A DNA stretch of 64,000 nt from a virus (lineage: Duplodnaviria > Caudoviricetes). Each line of letters opens with the position of its first letter. Positions within the stretch are counted from its first letter, which is position 1. The notes under the pieces are model-generated. The model saw nothing but the letters and a program-made list of their open reading frames with translations. It did not search any database and was not told where the DNA came from. This document shows positions 31,203 to 41,334 of this stretch, one piece after another. The stretch is taken from positions 32,001 to 96,000 of the IMG/VR virus record IMGVR_UViG_3300043013_000026. The stretch is one strand, 5' to 3'. The position numbers and the translations under genes were made by a program.

Positions 31203-32246
31203 ATGTACATTAGTAAGGAAGAAAAGGATTACTTAATACGTGAGCTCCAAGTAGAGCTTCACGCAAGGTTAGATGGCGGTCGTAAGAACCTTATTGTGCC
31301 TGAGTGTCCTTATTGTGGCAAATCAGGAGGCAAGTTCGGCATCTACGTCGGTCCTGAAAAAAACAACAAGATATTCGGCATGGGGCATTGCTTTTCATGC
31401 GGTCATACTTGCAAAGACCTCAATCGTTTACTTGAGGATATTGGTCGCCCGGATTTGCAAATCAAGGAAACCGCTCAGTTTACACCGATAGAAGTACCGG
31501 AGTTTTTCGGACTGGAAGAAGATGAGATTGACGATGAGCTTGCAGTGATAGAAATGCCTGAGTCATGGAAACGCTGCTATAAAAATCCATATCTTAAATC
31601 TCGTGGCTTTACGGTTGATGATTACGCTTACTTCCCAGTTGGCACTACTCGTGGACTGAACTTCAAATTTGACAATTATGTGATATTCCCTATCTATGAC
31701 AACAACGACATTGTAGGCTATGTTGCACGCCATACTTGGAGCAAGGATGAGATTGATGCCCATAACGTGAAAGCAAAACTGAACGGTAAGTATCAAATTC
31801 GTCGCTATAATAACAGTATTGAGAACGATTTCGTCAAGCTACTCTACAATTATGACGCGGTTATCGAAGATGAAACCGACACCGTAATCTTGGTAGAAGG
31901 TGTGTTCGATGTTATCGCTCTCACACGAAAACTGGAGTTGTACGACAATCATCGAATTGTTCCGGTATGCACATTCGGAAAGAAGATTAGTGACACCCAG
32001 ATTTATAAATTGCAATCTAAGGGTGTGCGAGATATAATAGTTGGCTACGATACTGATGCTTCAGATGCAATTAACGTAGCCGCTGACAAATTGAACGAGT
32101 ACTTTGAGAACGTATTAATCGCAAAGCTCGTAGGCGAAGGTAAAGACTGGGATGAGGCTTCATTCTGGGATATTTATGACACCTTTTCAGAATCACTTTA
32201 TACTCCAATCGAATATAAATTGAGCAACGTCGATGGCAAAATCTAA
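31203..32246 (+). CDS. DNA primase (Zn finger + TOPRIM)
   Basis: CPYC...HCFSC; LVEGVFD; GYDTD; KDWDE. Confidence 0.88.
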   Translation: MYISKEEKDYLIRELQVELHARLDGGRKNLIVPECPYCGKSGGKFGIYVGPEKNNKIFGMGHCFSCGHTCKDLNRLLEDIGRPDLQIKETAQFTPIEVPEFFGLEEDEIDDELAVIEMPESWKRCYKNPYLKSRGFTVDDYAYFPVGTTRGLNFKFDNYVIFPIYDNNDIVGYVARHTWSKDEIDAHNVKAKLNGKYQIRRYNNSIENDFVKLLYNYDAVIEDETDTVILVEGVFDVIALTRKLELYDNHRIVPVCTFGKKISDTQIYKLQSKGVRDIIVGYDTDASDAINVAADKLNEYFENVLIAKLVGEGKDWDEASFWDIYDTFSESLYTPIEYKLSNVDGKI

Positions 32247-33960
32247 TCGCATTAATGAGTTATACGATTGGCTGGAGCATAACAAAATCCAGTACTCGCA
32301 AGTAGATGCCGATGTCATAGAGATACCGGGACTTGGTAAGGCGTATTTCCAAGACACCCAGCGATCAACCTACAATTCAATATTCAGAAAGGATCAAGCA
32401 GGAGAGCTGATATTTAATAGCCTCGTGCGCCCTGAAGAATTGCTAAATGACGGCATCGAATACATAATATTCAAGTTTGGTGACAACTTCTACTATCACA
32501 ACGTTAACAAGGAGTTTGCACTGAATATTCTCAAGTATGTTGGCGAGCGCACGCCGCTCCAGCACAACGTTCCATTCGTTCATCTGGGCGTACATACTCC
32601 GTTTGAATTACTGAACGGTAGCTTTATGCCTGAAGAATGGATACGCAAAGCTAAATATCTTGGTCACACCGCATTAGGCGTGTGTGATTACAACACTATG
32701 GCTGCTTGCTTCATATTCCAGAAAGAATGTGACGCAGCTGGCATTAAGCCCGTGTTCGGCTATTCTTTGACAGTTGATTGCGGGGATTATAAGTTTGACG
32801 CAAAAGTATATGTGCAAACCCAACGAGGATTCCGCAATCTTCTCAGGATACAGAAGGCTATCATGGTTGACAACGTAGAAGAAAAGACTATCAGCATTGA
32901 GGAGTTGCTTAACCGTGCTGAAGGAAACGCTCTTGTGCTTGACAAATATACGCCTACTTCGCTGAGAGATAACCTTGACCTGATTCCAACGCTAACAGAA
33001 GCGTTTGACTCTATCTTCTATCAAGTGGACCTCTCAGAATACAAAGCTGAGCGCATTGACATCAGAGTGCTTGAGGCTACCAAAACTTATTTCCACGAAT
33101 GGTATAAGAACGCAAATATGCCACGTCCTATCTTACTTAGCGATAGCTACTACCTTGATAAGGACGATGCTAAGAACAAGATTATTCTTAACAAGGTAGC
33201 TGATGGTGCAGCGCATGAGCAATCGGATGACCAGTATTTCAAAGATGCTGACGAGCATTTCGCTTTGTTCGAGGCTCTGTTTAGTGACGCCTGGGATGAG
33301 GTTGCAATTTTTAGGGAGTGCGCTCAAAACACATTTAAGATTGCTGACAATGCCGTTGGTCGCATGGATACCACCAGGAACTATATGCCGAAGTACGACT
33401 TAACTCCTGAAGAAGTGGAGAAGTATGGCACAGCGCATAACATGTTCACACAACTGTTGGAAGAAGGCTTACAAAAGCTTGCTCCTAAAGACCAGATGGA
33501 TAAGTATCGTAAGCAGATGGAATACGAGAAGTATATCATTGAGTCAACTGACAATGTGGATTATCTTCTTGTCCAGTACGACACCTGTAACTGGGCCCGC
33601 AGCAACAACATTTTCGTAGGTTGTGGTCGTGGTTCAGCAGCCGGTTCTCTGCTACTTTACCTACTGGGCATAACGCTTATTGACCCTATCAAGTATGACC
33701 TCATCTTTGAGCGATTCTTGCTTCCTGAACGTGCCGGTTTACAGCCAGCAGATACTACGGTTATCGGAAATGACATCGACTCTAAAAAGTTCTTTGCTCT
33801 GACGCTTGAAAACGGCAAAACTATCAATGTTGATTTTGATGCCGAGTTCATGGTAAAGCGTGGCGACGAAATTGTCAGGGTGTACGCCGACGAGTTAGAA
33901 AAAGGCGATGACATCATCTTCGATAACAAAGATATTCTTTTTACAATCAACGAGTTATAA
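32233..33960 (+). CDS. dnaE: DNA polymerase III alpha, N-terminal fragment ending in a degenerate intein-N-like segment
   Basis: PHP motifs (HLGVHT), GRGSAAGSL, FERFLLPER, then Hint-like LTLENGKTI...YADELEKGD. Confidence 0.88.
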   Translation: MAKSNRINELYDWLEHNKIQYSQVDADVIEIPGLGKAYFQDTQRSTYNSIFRKDQAGELIFNSLVRPEELLNDGIEYIIFKFGDNFYYHNVNKEFALNILKYVGERTPLQHNVPFVHLGVHTPFELLNGSFMPEEWIRKAKYLGHTALGVCDYNTMAACFIFQKECDAAGIKPVFGYSLTVDCGDYKFDAKVYVQTQRGFRNLLRIQKAIMVDNVEEKTISIEELLNRAEGNALVLDKYTPTSLRDNLDLIPTLTEAFDSIFYQVDLSEYKAERIDIRVLEATKTYFHEWYKNANMPRPILLSDSYYLDKDDAKNKIILNKVADGAAHEQSDDQYFKDADEHFALFEALFSDAWDEVAIFRECAQNTFKIADNAVGRMDTTRNYMPKYDLTPEEVEKYGTAHNMFTQLLEEGLQKLAPKDQMDKYRKQMEYEKYIIESTDNVDYLLVQYDTCNWARSNNIFVGCGRGSAAGSLLLYLLGITLIDPIKYDLIFERFLLPERAGLQPADTTVIGNDIDSKKFFALTLENGKTINVDFDAEFMVKRGDEIVRVYADELEKGDDIIFDNKDILFTINEL

Positions 33961-33962
33961 TT

Positions 33963-35294
33963 ATGATACTTACAGACGAAATGAGTCGTGCCTTCCAGAT
34001 GATTGAAGAAACGACAGACAGCCTTTTCATAACCGGTAAGGCTGGCACCGGGAAAACCACATTCCTGAAGTACATAGTTGAACACACCCACAAAAACATT
34101 GTCGTAGCTGCTTCAACTGGGATTGCAGCTATCAATGCCGGCGGTGTGACTTTGCATAGACTTTTTAATATCCCATTTGAACCGCAAGGCCCATACTCTA
34201 CAATCAAAGGGCATTTGTATCCGGACAAATTCAAGCTCTTCAAAATGCTCGATACCCTTATCATTGATGAGGTTAGTATGGTGCGCCCTGACGTATTGGA
34301 TTACGTTGACCGTAAGCTCCGTTTGTATCGCATGAACCAGCTTCCCTTTGGTGGCGTGCAGATTGTCATGTTTGGAGACTTGTTCCAACTTCCTCCGGTT
34401 ATGACTAAGAAAGAGGCTGAAGTGCTTCAGCAGTTCTATCGTGGAAACTATTTCTTCCACTCTTTCGCTCTTAGACAAGCTGGCTTCCAGATTATCGAAT
34501 TGACACAGGTGTTCCGTCAACAAGACACTCGCTTTGTCAATATCCTTAATCGTATCAGAGAGTATCAGCTGCTCCCTATGGACATAGATGACTTGAGCGA
34601 ACTGAGAGACAGTCGTAAGAGCAAGGATTTTACTTCACAACATATCCATATCTGTTCATTACGCAAAGATGCTGATGAGATTAACCAGCAGATGTTGGGG
34701 GAAGCTACGGATGTGTTCCATGCGGAGTTTAAGGATGACTTCAGCTCTAAGAACGCTCCATGTGATGTCGAGCTGAGATTACGTGAAGGGGCTCGTGTTA
34801 TGACATTGACCAATAATGCAAGCCTTGGTTATTACAACGGTTCAATGGGCACAGTTACCAGTATCGCTTCAGATAAAATAGGCGTTCATCTTGATTCCGG
34901 ACTTGACGTTATGATCGAGCCTTACACATGGGTAAACCGCGAGTTCAAAGTGCAAGGCAACGAAATCAAGACTATTCAAAAAGGAAGTTGCACTCAGTTT
35001 CCTCTCGCTTTAGGCTGGGCGATAACTATCCATAAAAGTCAGGGATTGACGTTTGACAATATCATCATTCATTGCCCCTATGCGTTTGCACCGGGTATGC
35101 TCTACGTTGCCCTTAGTAGATGTACTTCTATGGACGGTATCATTACTGACTTTTTCATCAGTCGCAGAGCAATCAAAGTTGACAACGAGCTGCTGGCTTT
35201 CAATAAAGCTTGTCAAGCTAATAATAACAAGTTCAATCTGGACGTATATCGCGCCCTTTGTAGATATATGGGTTATGAAGACGACTCAGATTGA
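33963..35294 (+). CDS. PIF1/RecD-like helicase
   Basis: GKAGTGKT, IIDEVSM, GDLFQLPPV, TIHKSQGLT, YVALSR. Confidence 0.92.
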   Translation: MILTDEMSRAFQMIEETTDSLFITGKAGTGKTTFLKYIVEHTHKNIVVAASTGIAAINAGGVTLHRLFNIPFEPQGPYSTIKGHLYPDKFKLFKMLDTLIIDEVSMVRPDVLDYVDRKLRLYRMNQLPFGGVQIVMFGDLFQLPPVMTKKEAEVLQQFYRGNYFFHSFALRQAGFQIIELTQVFRQQDTRFVNILNRIREYQLLPMDIDDLSELRDSRKSKDFTSQHIHICSLRKDADEINQQMLGEATDVFHAEFKDDFSSKNAPCDVELRLREGARVMTLTNNASLGYYNGSMGTVTSIASDKIGVHLDSGLDVMIEPYTWVNREFKVQGNEIKTIQKGSCTQFPLALGWAITIHKSQGLTFDNIIIHCPYAFAPGMLYVALSRCTSMDGIITDFFISRRAIKVDNELLAFNKACQANNNKFNLDVYRALCRYMGYEDDSD

Positions 35295-35832
35295 AGCCCA
35301 AGAAGAATGGCGAGACATACATGGCTTTGAGGGCTATTATCAAGCCAGCAGCCTTGGAAGGATAAGAAGCGTAGATAAGATAATCACACGCAAAAACGGT
35401 GCTTCATATTTCCGAGCAGGACGTGTGCTTATTCCGTTCAAAGGAAAGACATGCAATTATCTGAGCGTACAATTCTCAGTTAATAGCGTTCCATCTAAGC
35501 ATCTTATTCATAGACTAATAGCTTATACATTTTTAGGACTTGAGCCGGATTCGATTTTGGAAGTTAACCATAAAGACGGCAATAGATTTAATAATGCGGT
35601 AAGCAATTTAGAACTGGTAACGCATCAAGAAAACATCGACCACTCTGTCAGAACAGGGTTAAAGCATGATTATGGCGAATGTCACGTACACGCCATACTA
35701 ACTAATGCACAGGCAGCAGAGATCCGAGAAATATGTGGTCGTGGCGTGAAGCAAAAAGACGTAGCCAAACTCTTTGGTGTGTCAAAGCAATGTGTCAACA
35801 ATGTAGTAAACTATAAAACTTACTTCAGATGA
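35275..35832 (+). CDS. NUMOD4-HNH homing endonuclease
   Basis: EEWRDI..FEG.Y..SSLGRIRS; IHRLIA; VNHKDGNRFNNAVSNLE; C-terminal HTH. Confidence 0.9.
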   Translation: MKTTQIEAQEEWRDIHGFEGYYQASSLGRIRSVDKIITRKNGASYFRAGRVLIPFKGKTCNYLSVQFSVNSVPSKHLIHRLIAYTFLGLEPDSILEVNHKDGNRFNNAVSNLELVTHQENIDHSVRTGLKHDYGECHVHAILTNAQAAEIREICGRGVKQKDVAKLFGVSKQCVNNVVNYKTYFR

Positions 35833-38013
35833 AAATTTTAAAGGTTCAACTAATTAAAAGCACAAAAGCTGTCAAAGTTATTGACACTTTTGTAGATGGA
35901 GGATATGTGCAGGGAGCTTCGGGCTCCCTGCCGTAAGTCGGATGTCGATAACGATTTTCAGTCAGATAAGCGTCAAGATGTAAAGGAATATATCGAGAGA
36001 CGCTACAACCACGACGGCAAGCAACGTGTGTTCTCAGCCGGCACATTCACAACTCTGAAGGCAAAGGCAGTGATTAAAGATGTGGCTCGTACTATGCGTA
36101 TTAGCCCATCATTAGTCAACTACCTCACAGCTATCTTTGAAGATGACAATGCTACTTACACTGATATTTTCAAGCTGGCTGCAACCAACCGCAAGGTGGC
36201 TAAATTCGTGCATGATTATCCTCAGCTGTTTGAGAGTATCCGCACGTTAATGTTCCAGCCTCGTTCAAGTTCTGTTCACGCTTCAGCACTTCTCGTTACT
36301 CCTGACGAAATGGACGGCGAAGATGTTGAGTGCTTTGATTTCGTGCCTATTAAAAAAGTCGATGACATTCTTGTCAGCGAAAACAGTGGTTATGACTTGG
36401 ATGAGCTTGGACTGCTGAAGAATGACTGCTTGGCTACCAAGGAATTATCTAAGCTTCACCAGACATTTGACTTGGTTAACGAACACTACGGCGCAAATCT
36501 CACAATGGAAGCAGTAGTGGAAAGCGACCTTTCAGATGAGCGCACCTATGAGCTGCTTCGACAAGGCTATACGCAAAACGTCTTCCAGCTTTCTTCAAAA
36601 GGCATGACAAAGTTCCTTATTGAAATGCAGCCGACTTGTATCCATGACCTGATTGCCGCCAACGCATTGTTCCGTCCGGCAACATTGGAAAATGGTTCTA
36701 CTGAAGCGTATGTGGACCGCAAAAAAGGATTAGTAGCACCGACCTACATGTGGGGAACTTATAATGCTCTGAAGGATACGTTTGGACTAATTTCATTCCA
36801 GGAACAAGTAGCCCAGATTGCTCGTGAGGTTGGCAACTTCTCGTTAGGCGAAGGTGTGAAACTCGTCAAATTCATTTCCAAAAAGAAGACTGAGAAAATC
36901 CAAGCTATGCGTGAGAAGTTCTTAAAAGGAGCTGAAATAAACGGATGCCCGATTGACGACGCTATTGCAATCTGGCAGCAGATCGAGGCATGTGGTTCGT
37001 ATCTGTTCAACAAATCTCATGCTACTGCCTACGCCGTGACCTCATATATAGGCGCATATCTGAAAGCTCAATATCCAACCGCTTTCTATACGGTTGCGCT
37101 TGAGTGGGCAGACGATAAGGAACTTATTCCTATCATGTCAGAAATGGAAGCTTGTAGTGAGGCAAAAGTGGTTGCACCTGATATTAACAAGAGCGCAATG
37201 AACTTCTATACTGATTACGCTACCAATCAAATCTTCTGGTCTCTTTCCAGAATTAAAATGGTTGGTACGAAAGCCGTTGACTGGATTATCAACGAGCGAG
37301 AAAAGAACGGCGAGTTCACCAGCATTATCAACTTTATTGAGCGCGTTTTCAAATACAAACTCAAGAAGTACCAATACTGGGATGACCCGGACAATGAGGA
37401 TGAAGTTCAACGCTGCCCGGTTAATGCCCGTCACGTCCTTAATCTCATTCTTGCCGGATGTTTCGACAAGGTTGAAAATGCGTTCTCAGTTGTAGAACGA
37501 TTTGCTATCGTTGAGAAAGCCGCTGAAGCACTTGGTTTTGAAATCAAACAAAAGGATTTTCCTGACGACCTGAGAAACAAGCATTACTTCTGGTCTCAGC
37601 AACAAATCAAAGTTTCAGGACTTGGCGCCATTGACTACAAGCGTATTTATGACAACAGTGAGATAAAGGCTCAAATTAAGGGACGTGCGTCTTACACAAC
37701 TCTGAAGGAAACCCTCAACGATGATAAGGACGGTCGCAAAGCCGCCATTGCTGCTACTATCGTTGAGATTGAAGAAAAGAAGTTCACCAGCAAAAAGACC
37801 GGTGAGCAAGAAACATTCGCAAAGGTCACTCTCCAGCAAAACAACGACATGGCAGAGCTGGTGATATGGCCCGAAGAATACCGTAACGTCCGTGCCATAT
37901 TGACCGGAATGAAGAACAAGTTGATAATCTGCATGGCTCAAATCAAGTACAGCGAGTACGTGGGTCATAATAATCTCATGCTGACACGTAACCAATTAGT
38001 TGAAATAATATGA
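35829..38013 (+). CDS. dnaE: DNA polymerase III alpha, C-terminal fragment; intein-C-like leader, then TAA plus frameshift at 35934-35940
   Basis: MKILKV...GSLP (35829-35933), TAAGTCG, then DVDNDF...HASA...KNDCL...FQEQ...FNKSHA in another frame. Confidence 0.8.
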
Positions 38014-38549
38014 CAAAGACAATAGTTTTCCGACCCACAATCGTATGCGTTGTAGGCCCTTCAGGAGCAGGCAAAACAACAATGGCTCGCTTCATCGAAA
38101 AGACTTTAGGCGTTCAAATGCTCGTTTCATATACAACTCGCCCAAGGAGAGTAAACGAGATAGATGGTGTAGATCATGTTTTCGTAACCGAAGCGGACAT
38201 GCCATCTCAGGACCAAATGCTCGCTTACACCGAGTTTGGCGGCTATCATTACTGGATGCCAATCAAAGATGAAATGTTCACAGGTCTTGGTGTACTTACT
38301 TATGTCATTGACGAGAAAGGTATGCAGACACTGAAAGAGCGTTTCTCAGAGGATTTTGAAATCGTCAGCCTGCTCATCAAACGAGACGCTGACCTGCTCG
38401 TGCAACAAGTAGGTGAGGAGCGTGTAAGACGTGACCTTGACCGTATCAGCATACCTGAGAGCGAATATGATTATGTCATCACAAACAACGCTCGTATCGA
38501 GGATTTCCTCGCAGATTCATTTCTAACATTCCAAAAAATCATAAAGTAA
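38010..38549 (+). CDS. guanylate kinase-like protein
   Basis: GPSGAGKT, SYTTRPRR..EIDGVDH.F. Confidence 0.85.
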   Translation: MTKTIVFRPTIVCVVGPSGAGKTTMARFIEKTLGVQMLVSYTTRPRRVNEIDGVDHVFVTEADMPSQDQMLAYTEFGGYHYWMPIKDEMFTGLGVLTYVIDEKGMQTLKERFSEDFEIVSLLIKRDADLLVQQVGEERVRRDLDRISIPESEYDYVITNNARIEDFLADSFLTFQKIIK

Positions 38550-39325
38550 TGGCAGCACCTAAAGAAGAATCACCCGTATTGGTGGCATTTACACTTGACT
38601 TTGAAACCGGTAGTCTGGATTGCCAAACCGGAGCTTGCACCCAGATTGCCATTCACGCCACCCGTCTTGACACATTTGAAAAGATTGGCTCATACGTCAG
38701 CTATATCTTACCCTACAATCGCAAGGAAGTAGCCGGCGCAACTAAGAAACGTAAAGTGCTTAAATCGGTGTACGACAATGAGCCTGAATCAATGGACTAC
38801 ACCGCTGATGCGCTCAAATACTCAGCTATTACGATGGAAATGCTGGAGACACAAGGCAAACCGATTGAAGTCGTTGCTCAGGAAGTCTATCAGTTCATCG
38901 TTGACAACACTCCGAAAGTTCCGCGTAACTTCAAGCCGTTTCTTATCGGTCAGCACGTGTACTTCGATGAGGGCTTCTTCTGTCAAATGATGGAGTACAC
39001 CGGCATGATGGAGAAGGTCAAAAAAGTCCTCCGTGGCGATAAAGACTTCTACGGAAACTGGCACCCGCTCTGTCTCGACACGATTGCACTCGGTCAGCTT
39101 GCGCTTTGCCACAACCCTAACGTAGGCTCATACAAGCTGGAAATCATGTGCGAAAACCTTGGCATTGAACTGGATGACGCTCACGATGCCGATGCTGACG
39201 TATCCGCAACTACCAATGTGGTTGCAGTTCTCACCCAGCGCATGAGAAGCGTAGGTGGTGAATATGAAGGTGATGACCTCGCTATGTCTAAAGCAGAAAA
39301 GTCACGTAAACATTTCAAAATATAA
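38549..39325 (+). CDS. DEDDh 3'-5' exonuclease (DnaQ-like)
   Basis: LDFETG, FD, HDADADV. Confidence 0.85.
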   Translation: MAAPKEESPVLVAFTLDFETGSLDCQTGACTQIAIHATRLDTFEKIGSYVSYILPYNRKEVAGATKKRKVLKSVYDNEPESMDYTADALKYSAITMEMLETQGKPIEVVAQEVYQFIVDNTPKVPRNFKPFLIGQHVYFDEGFFCQMMEYTGMMEKVKKVLRGDKDFYGNWHPLCLDTIALGQLALCHNPNVGSYKLEIMCENLGIELDDAHDADADVSATTNVVAVLTQRMRSVGGEYEGDDLAMSKAEKSRKHFKI

Positions 39326-39329
39326 CGCT

Positions 39330-39608
39330 ATGGCAGAAGAAGAACAAACCCAAGAAGGAGTTTACTCCAAGGTTAATGAACCGACGGTCAAGTTCAAATT
39401 AATCTCTGACCGTATCATCCGTGAAGTTATCAATGCCGAAACCAAGCAAACGCTGGTTCACATCTCAGGTTATGACCTACAAATCAACTTCAACATGCAG
39501 TTCCTGAAGTCGGTTGAGGACGTAGAAGCCGCCTGTGAGGGCATAGCACAGCTTTTTAGGGATATGATTATGACCCAATTACTCAAAGGTAATAAACAAT
39601 CCGAGTAA
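39330..39608 (+). CDS. hypothetical protein
   Basis: ORF following the exonuclease. Confidence 0.6.
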   Translation: MAEEEQTQEGVYSKVNEPTVKFKLISDRIIREVINAETKQTLVHISGYDLQINFNMQFLKSVEDVEAACEGIAQLFRDMIMTQLLKGNKQSE

Positions 39609-39681
39609 AAATCCACTATTCGTTAATGAAAAGGATGTGTGCTTGATGCGTCCTTTTCATTAACTTAAATAGTGAATTACA

Positions 39682-40167
39682 ATGGAAGCTAAAAATACTC
39701 AACTCACTGAACAAGAAATACTGTTCTGTGACCTCTACGCAAACGGCGAGGCTCCCTTTGGTGGCAACGCTGCAAGATGTTATCAGGAAGTATTCAACGA
39801 CCATACAAACAGAGCTAAAAGCCATGCTACGACAATGTTATCCCGCCAAGAGATTCAGGACTACCTGAAATCTCTTGACGAGTTAACTTATGAAGAAGCC
39901 AAGTACATGAAGACTTTTCTTCGTGAGAACCTGATGGGCATTATCAAAGAGTGCTCAACTGCGGAATATCGTGACCGTCGAGGCACGCTTCTCTCCCCAG
40001 CCGCTCTCCGTAGTGTAGCCGTCAGTGGTATTAAAGCTCTGATGGACCTCTACCCGGTTAAGGAAGCATCGGTAAGCAAACTGAGCATTGACGGCGCCGG
40101 TGAAGGAGGCATTACTTTCAACGTGATTATGCCAGAGCAGTCTAAATCAGAAGCAACGGAGAAATAA
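39682..40167 (+). CDS. putative terminase small subunit
   Basis: LTEQEILFCDLY...GNAARCY...IQDY helical N-terminal pattern. Confidence 0.6.
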   Translation: MEAKNTQLTEQEILFCDLYANGEAPFGGNAARCYQEVFNDHTNRAKSHATTMLSRQEIQDYLKSLDELTYEEAKYMKTFLRENLMGIIKECSTAEYRDRRGTLLSPAALRSVAVSGIKALMDLYPVKEASVSKLSIDGAGEGGITFNVIMPEQSKSEATEK

Positions 40168-40170
40168 GCC

Positions 40171-40560
40171 ATGTTGGAAACCATCTTAGCAATAATCGGA
40201 AGTTTGGGTGGCGTTACAGGCGTAGTGTCGTTGCTTTATGTAAAGCAAGAGCGCAAATCTAAGGAGCTTGACAACCAAACAAAAGACCTTGACAATGAAG
40301 CCAAGCAATCTGAGGAGTGGAAGAAGCTCTATGATGAAGAACGCGCTTGCTTACAGAAAGCCAGACAAGACTACGACAGTACCATCAAAGAAAAGGATAC
40401 AAAAATTGATGAGCTGTTTGACGAAATATCAAATCAGCGCAATCAGAAGGTAGAACTACATAATCAAATTGCATCAATGACGGTCGAGCTAACCAAACTA
40501 AAGATGCTTAAATGCGAAGTAGCTAATTGCCCGAACCGTAAACCGCCCACAGGGTATTAA
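40171..40560 (+). CDS. membrane-anchored coiled-coil protein (holin-like)
   Basis: N-terminal TM helix; lysis cassette. Confidence 0.5.
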   Translation: MLETILAIIGSLGGVTGVVSLLYVKQERKSKELDNQTKDLDNEAKQSEEWKKLYDEERACLQKARQDYDSTIKEKDTKIDELFDEISNQRNQKVELHNQIASMTVELTKLKMLKCEVANCPNRKPPTGY

Positions 40561-40561
40561 T

Positions 40562-40762
40562 ATGAAACCAGGGGACACTATTCTCATTCTGCCTTCCGTG
40601 TCTCTAACAAATTTGAGACTGGAAGCATTAGTTGGGTTGAACGCAACAATCGTTGAGATTAATGGCAACTTTGACGACATCAAAGGCTGCTGGGTAGAAC
40701 TCCCAGGCACATATCTTGGAGAACGAGAATGGTACATTCCCTATAATTCCATAGGTATATGA
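40562..40762 (+). CDS. hypothetical protein
   Basis: Coupled ORF. Confidence 0.55.
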   Translation: MKPGDTILILPSVSLTNLRLEALVGLNATIVEINGNFDDIKGCWVELPGTYLGEREWYIPYNSIGI

Positions 40763-41277
40763 AATTCAACTCATTCCTGGGCGGTTGCTTAACCACTATC
40801 GCTGTGGTTGGAGCAACCGCTTTCTTTTACAACCAATGTCACCAATCGTCAGTAACAACTCAGGTCGAGAAAACTACTGACGTAAAAGTTGACACCGTTA
40901 TCAGATTCATTGACGCACCCATACCGAAAGATAGTTTAGTCCTTCGGTATGAAACTGTCAAAGTGCCTGTTAACGACACTACGTACATATCTGCTGAACA
41001 CGCTTTCCCTGATACGCTAACTGTTTCAATTCCAATCACCCAGAAAATCTATCAAGACTCTACGTATCAGGCTTGGGTAAGTGGATATAAATCTTCACTT
41101 GATAGCATCAAAATCTATCAACCGGTGACAACGATAACCAACACAGTCACAAACACTGCCGTCCAGTATAAGACGAAACGCTGGGGTGTTGGTGTGCAGG
41201 TTGGGCTTGGAGTAACGCCTTCTAAGATTGAACCGTACATTGGCGTCGGCGTTACATACAATATTTTTTCGTGGTAA
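40759..41277 (+). CDS. putative spanin-like membrane protein
   Basis: N-terminal TM; C-terminal KRWGVGVQVG.G...YIGVGVTYN beta segment; upstream of amidase. Confidence 0.5.
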   Translation: MKFNSFLGGCLTTIAVVGATAFFYNQCHQSSVTTQVEKTTDVKVDTVIRFIDAPIPKDSLVLRYETVKVPVNDTTYISAEHAFPDTLTVSIPITQKIYQDSTYQAWVSGYKSSLDSIKIYQPVTTITNTVTNTAVQYKTKRWGVGVQVGLGVTPSKIEPYIGVGVTYNIFSW

Positions 41278-41282
41278 ACTAA

Positions 41283-41309
41283 CCCACGTAAATAAATTAC
41301 TTTCTATTC
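41283..41309 (+). promoter_or_regulatory. putative late promoter CCC-N18-CTATTC
   Basis: Shared motif upstream of the endolysin. Confidence 0.55.
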
Positions 41310-41334
41310 TTTAACGAAAACAACATTCAAATAT

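Noticed and set aside
35934-35936. Stop-codon reassignment explaining the dnaE TAA
   Set aside because: TAA terminates most genes here, and readthrough would not fix the frame shift
39595-39625. Sixth CTATTC promoter upstream of the putative terminase small subunit
   Set aside because: CTATTC is present but CCC is missing at the 18-nt spacing; possible weak site, not counted
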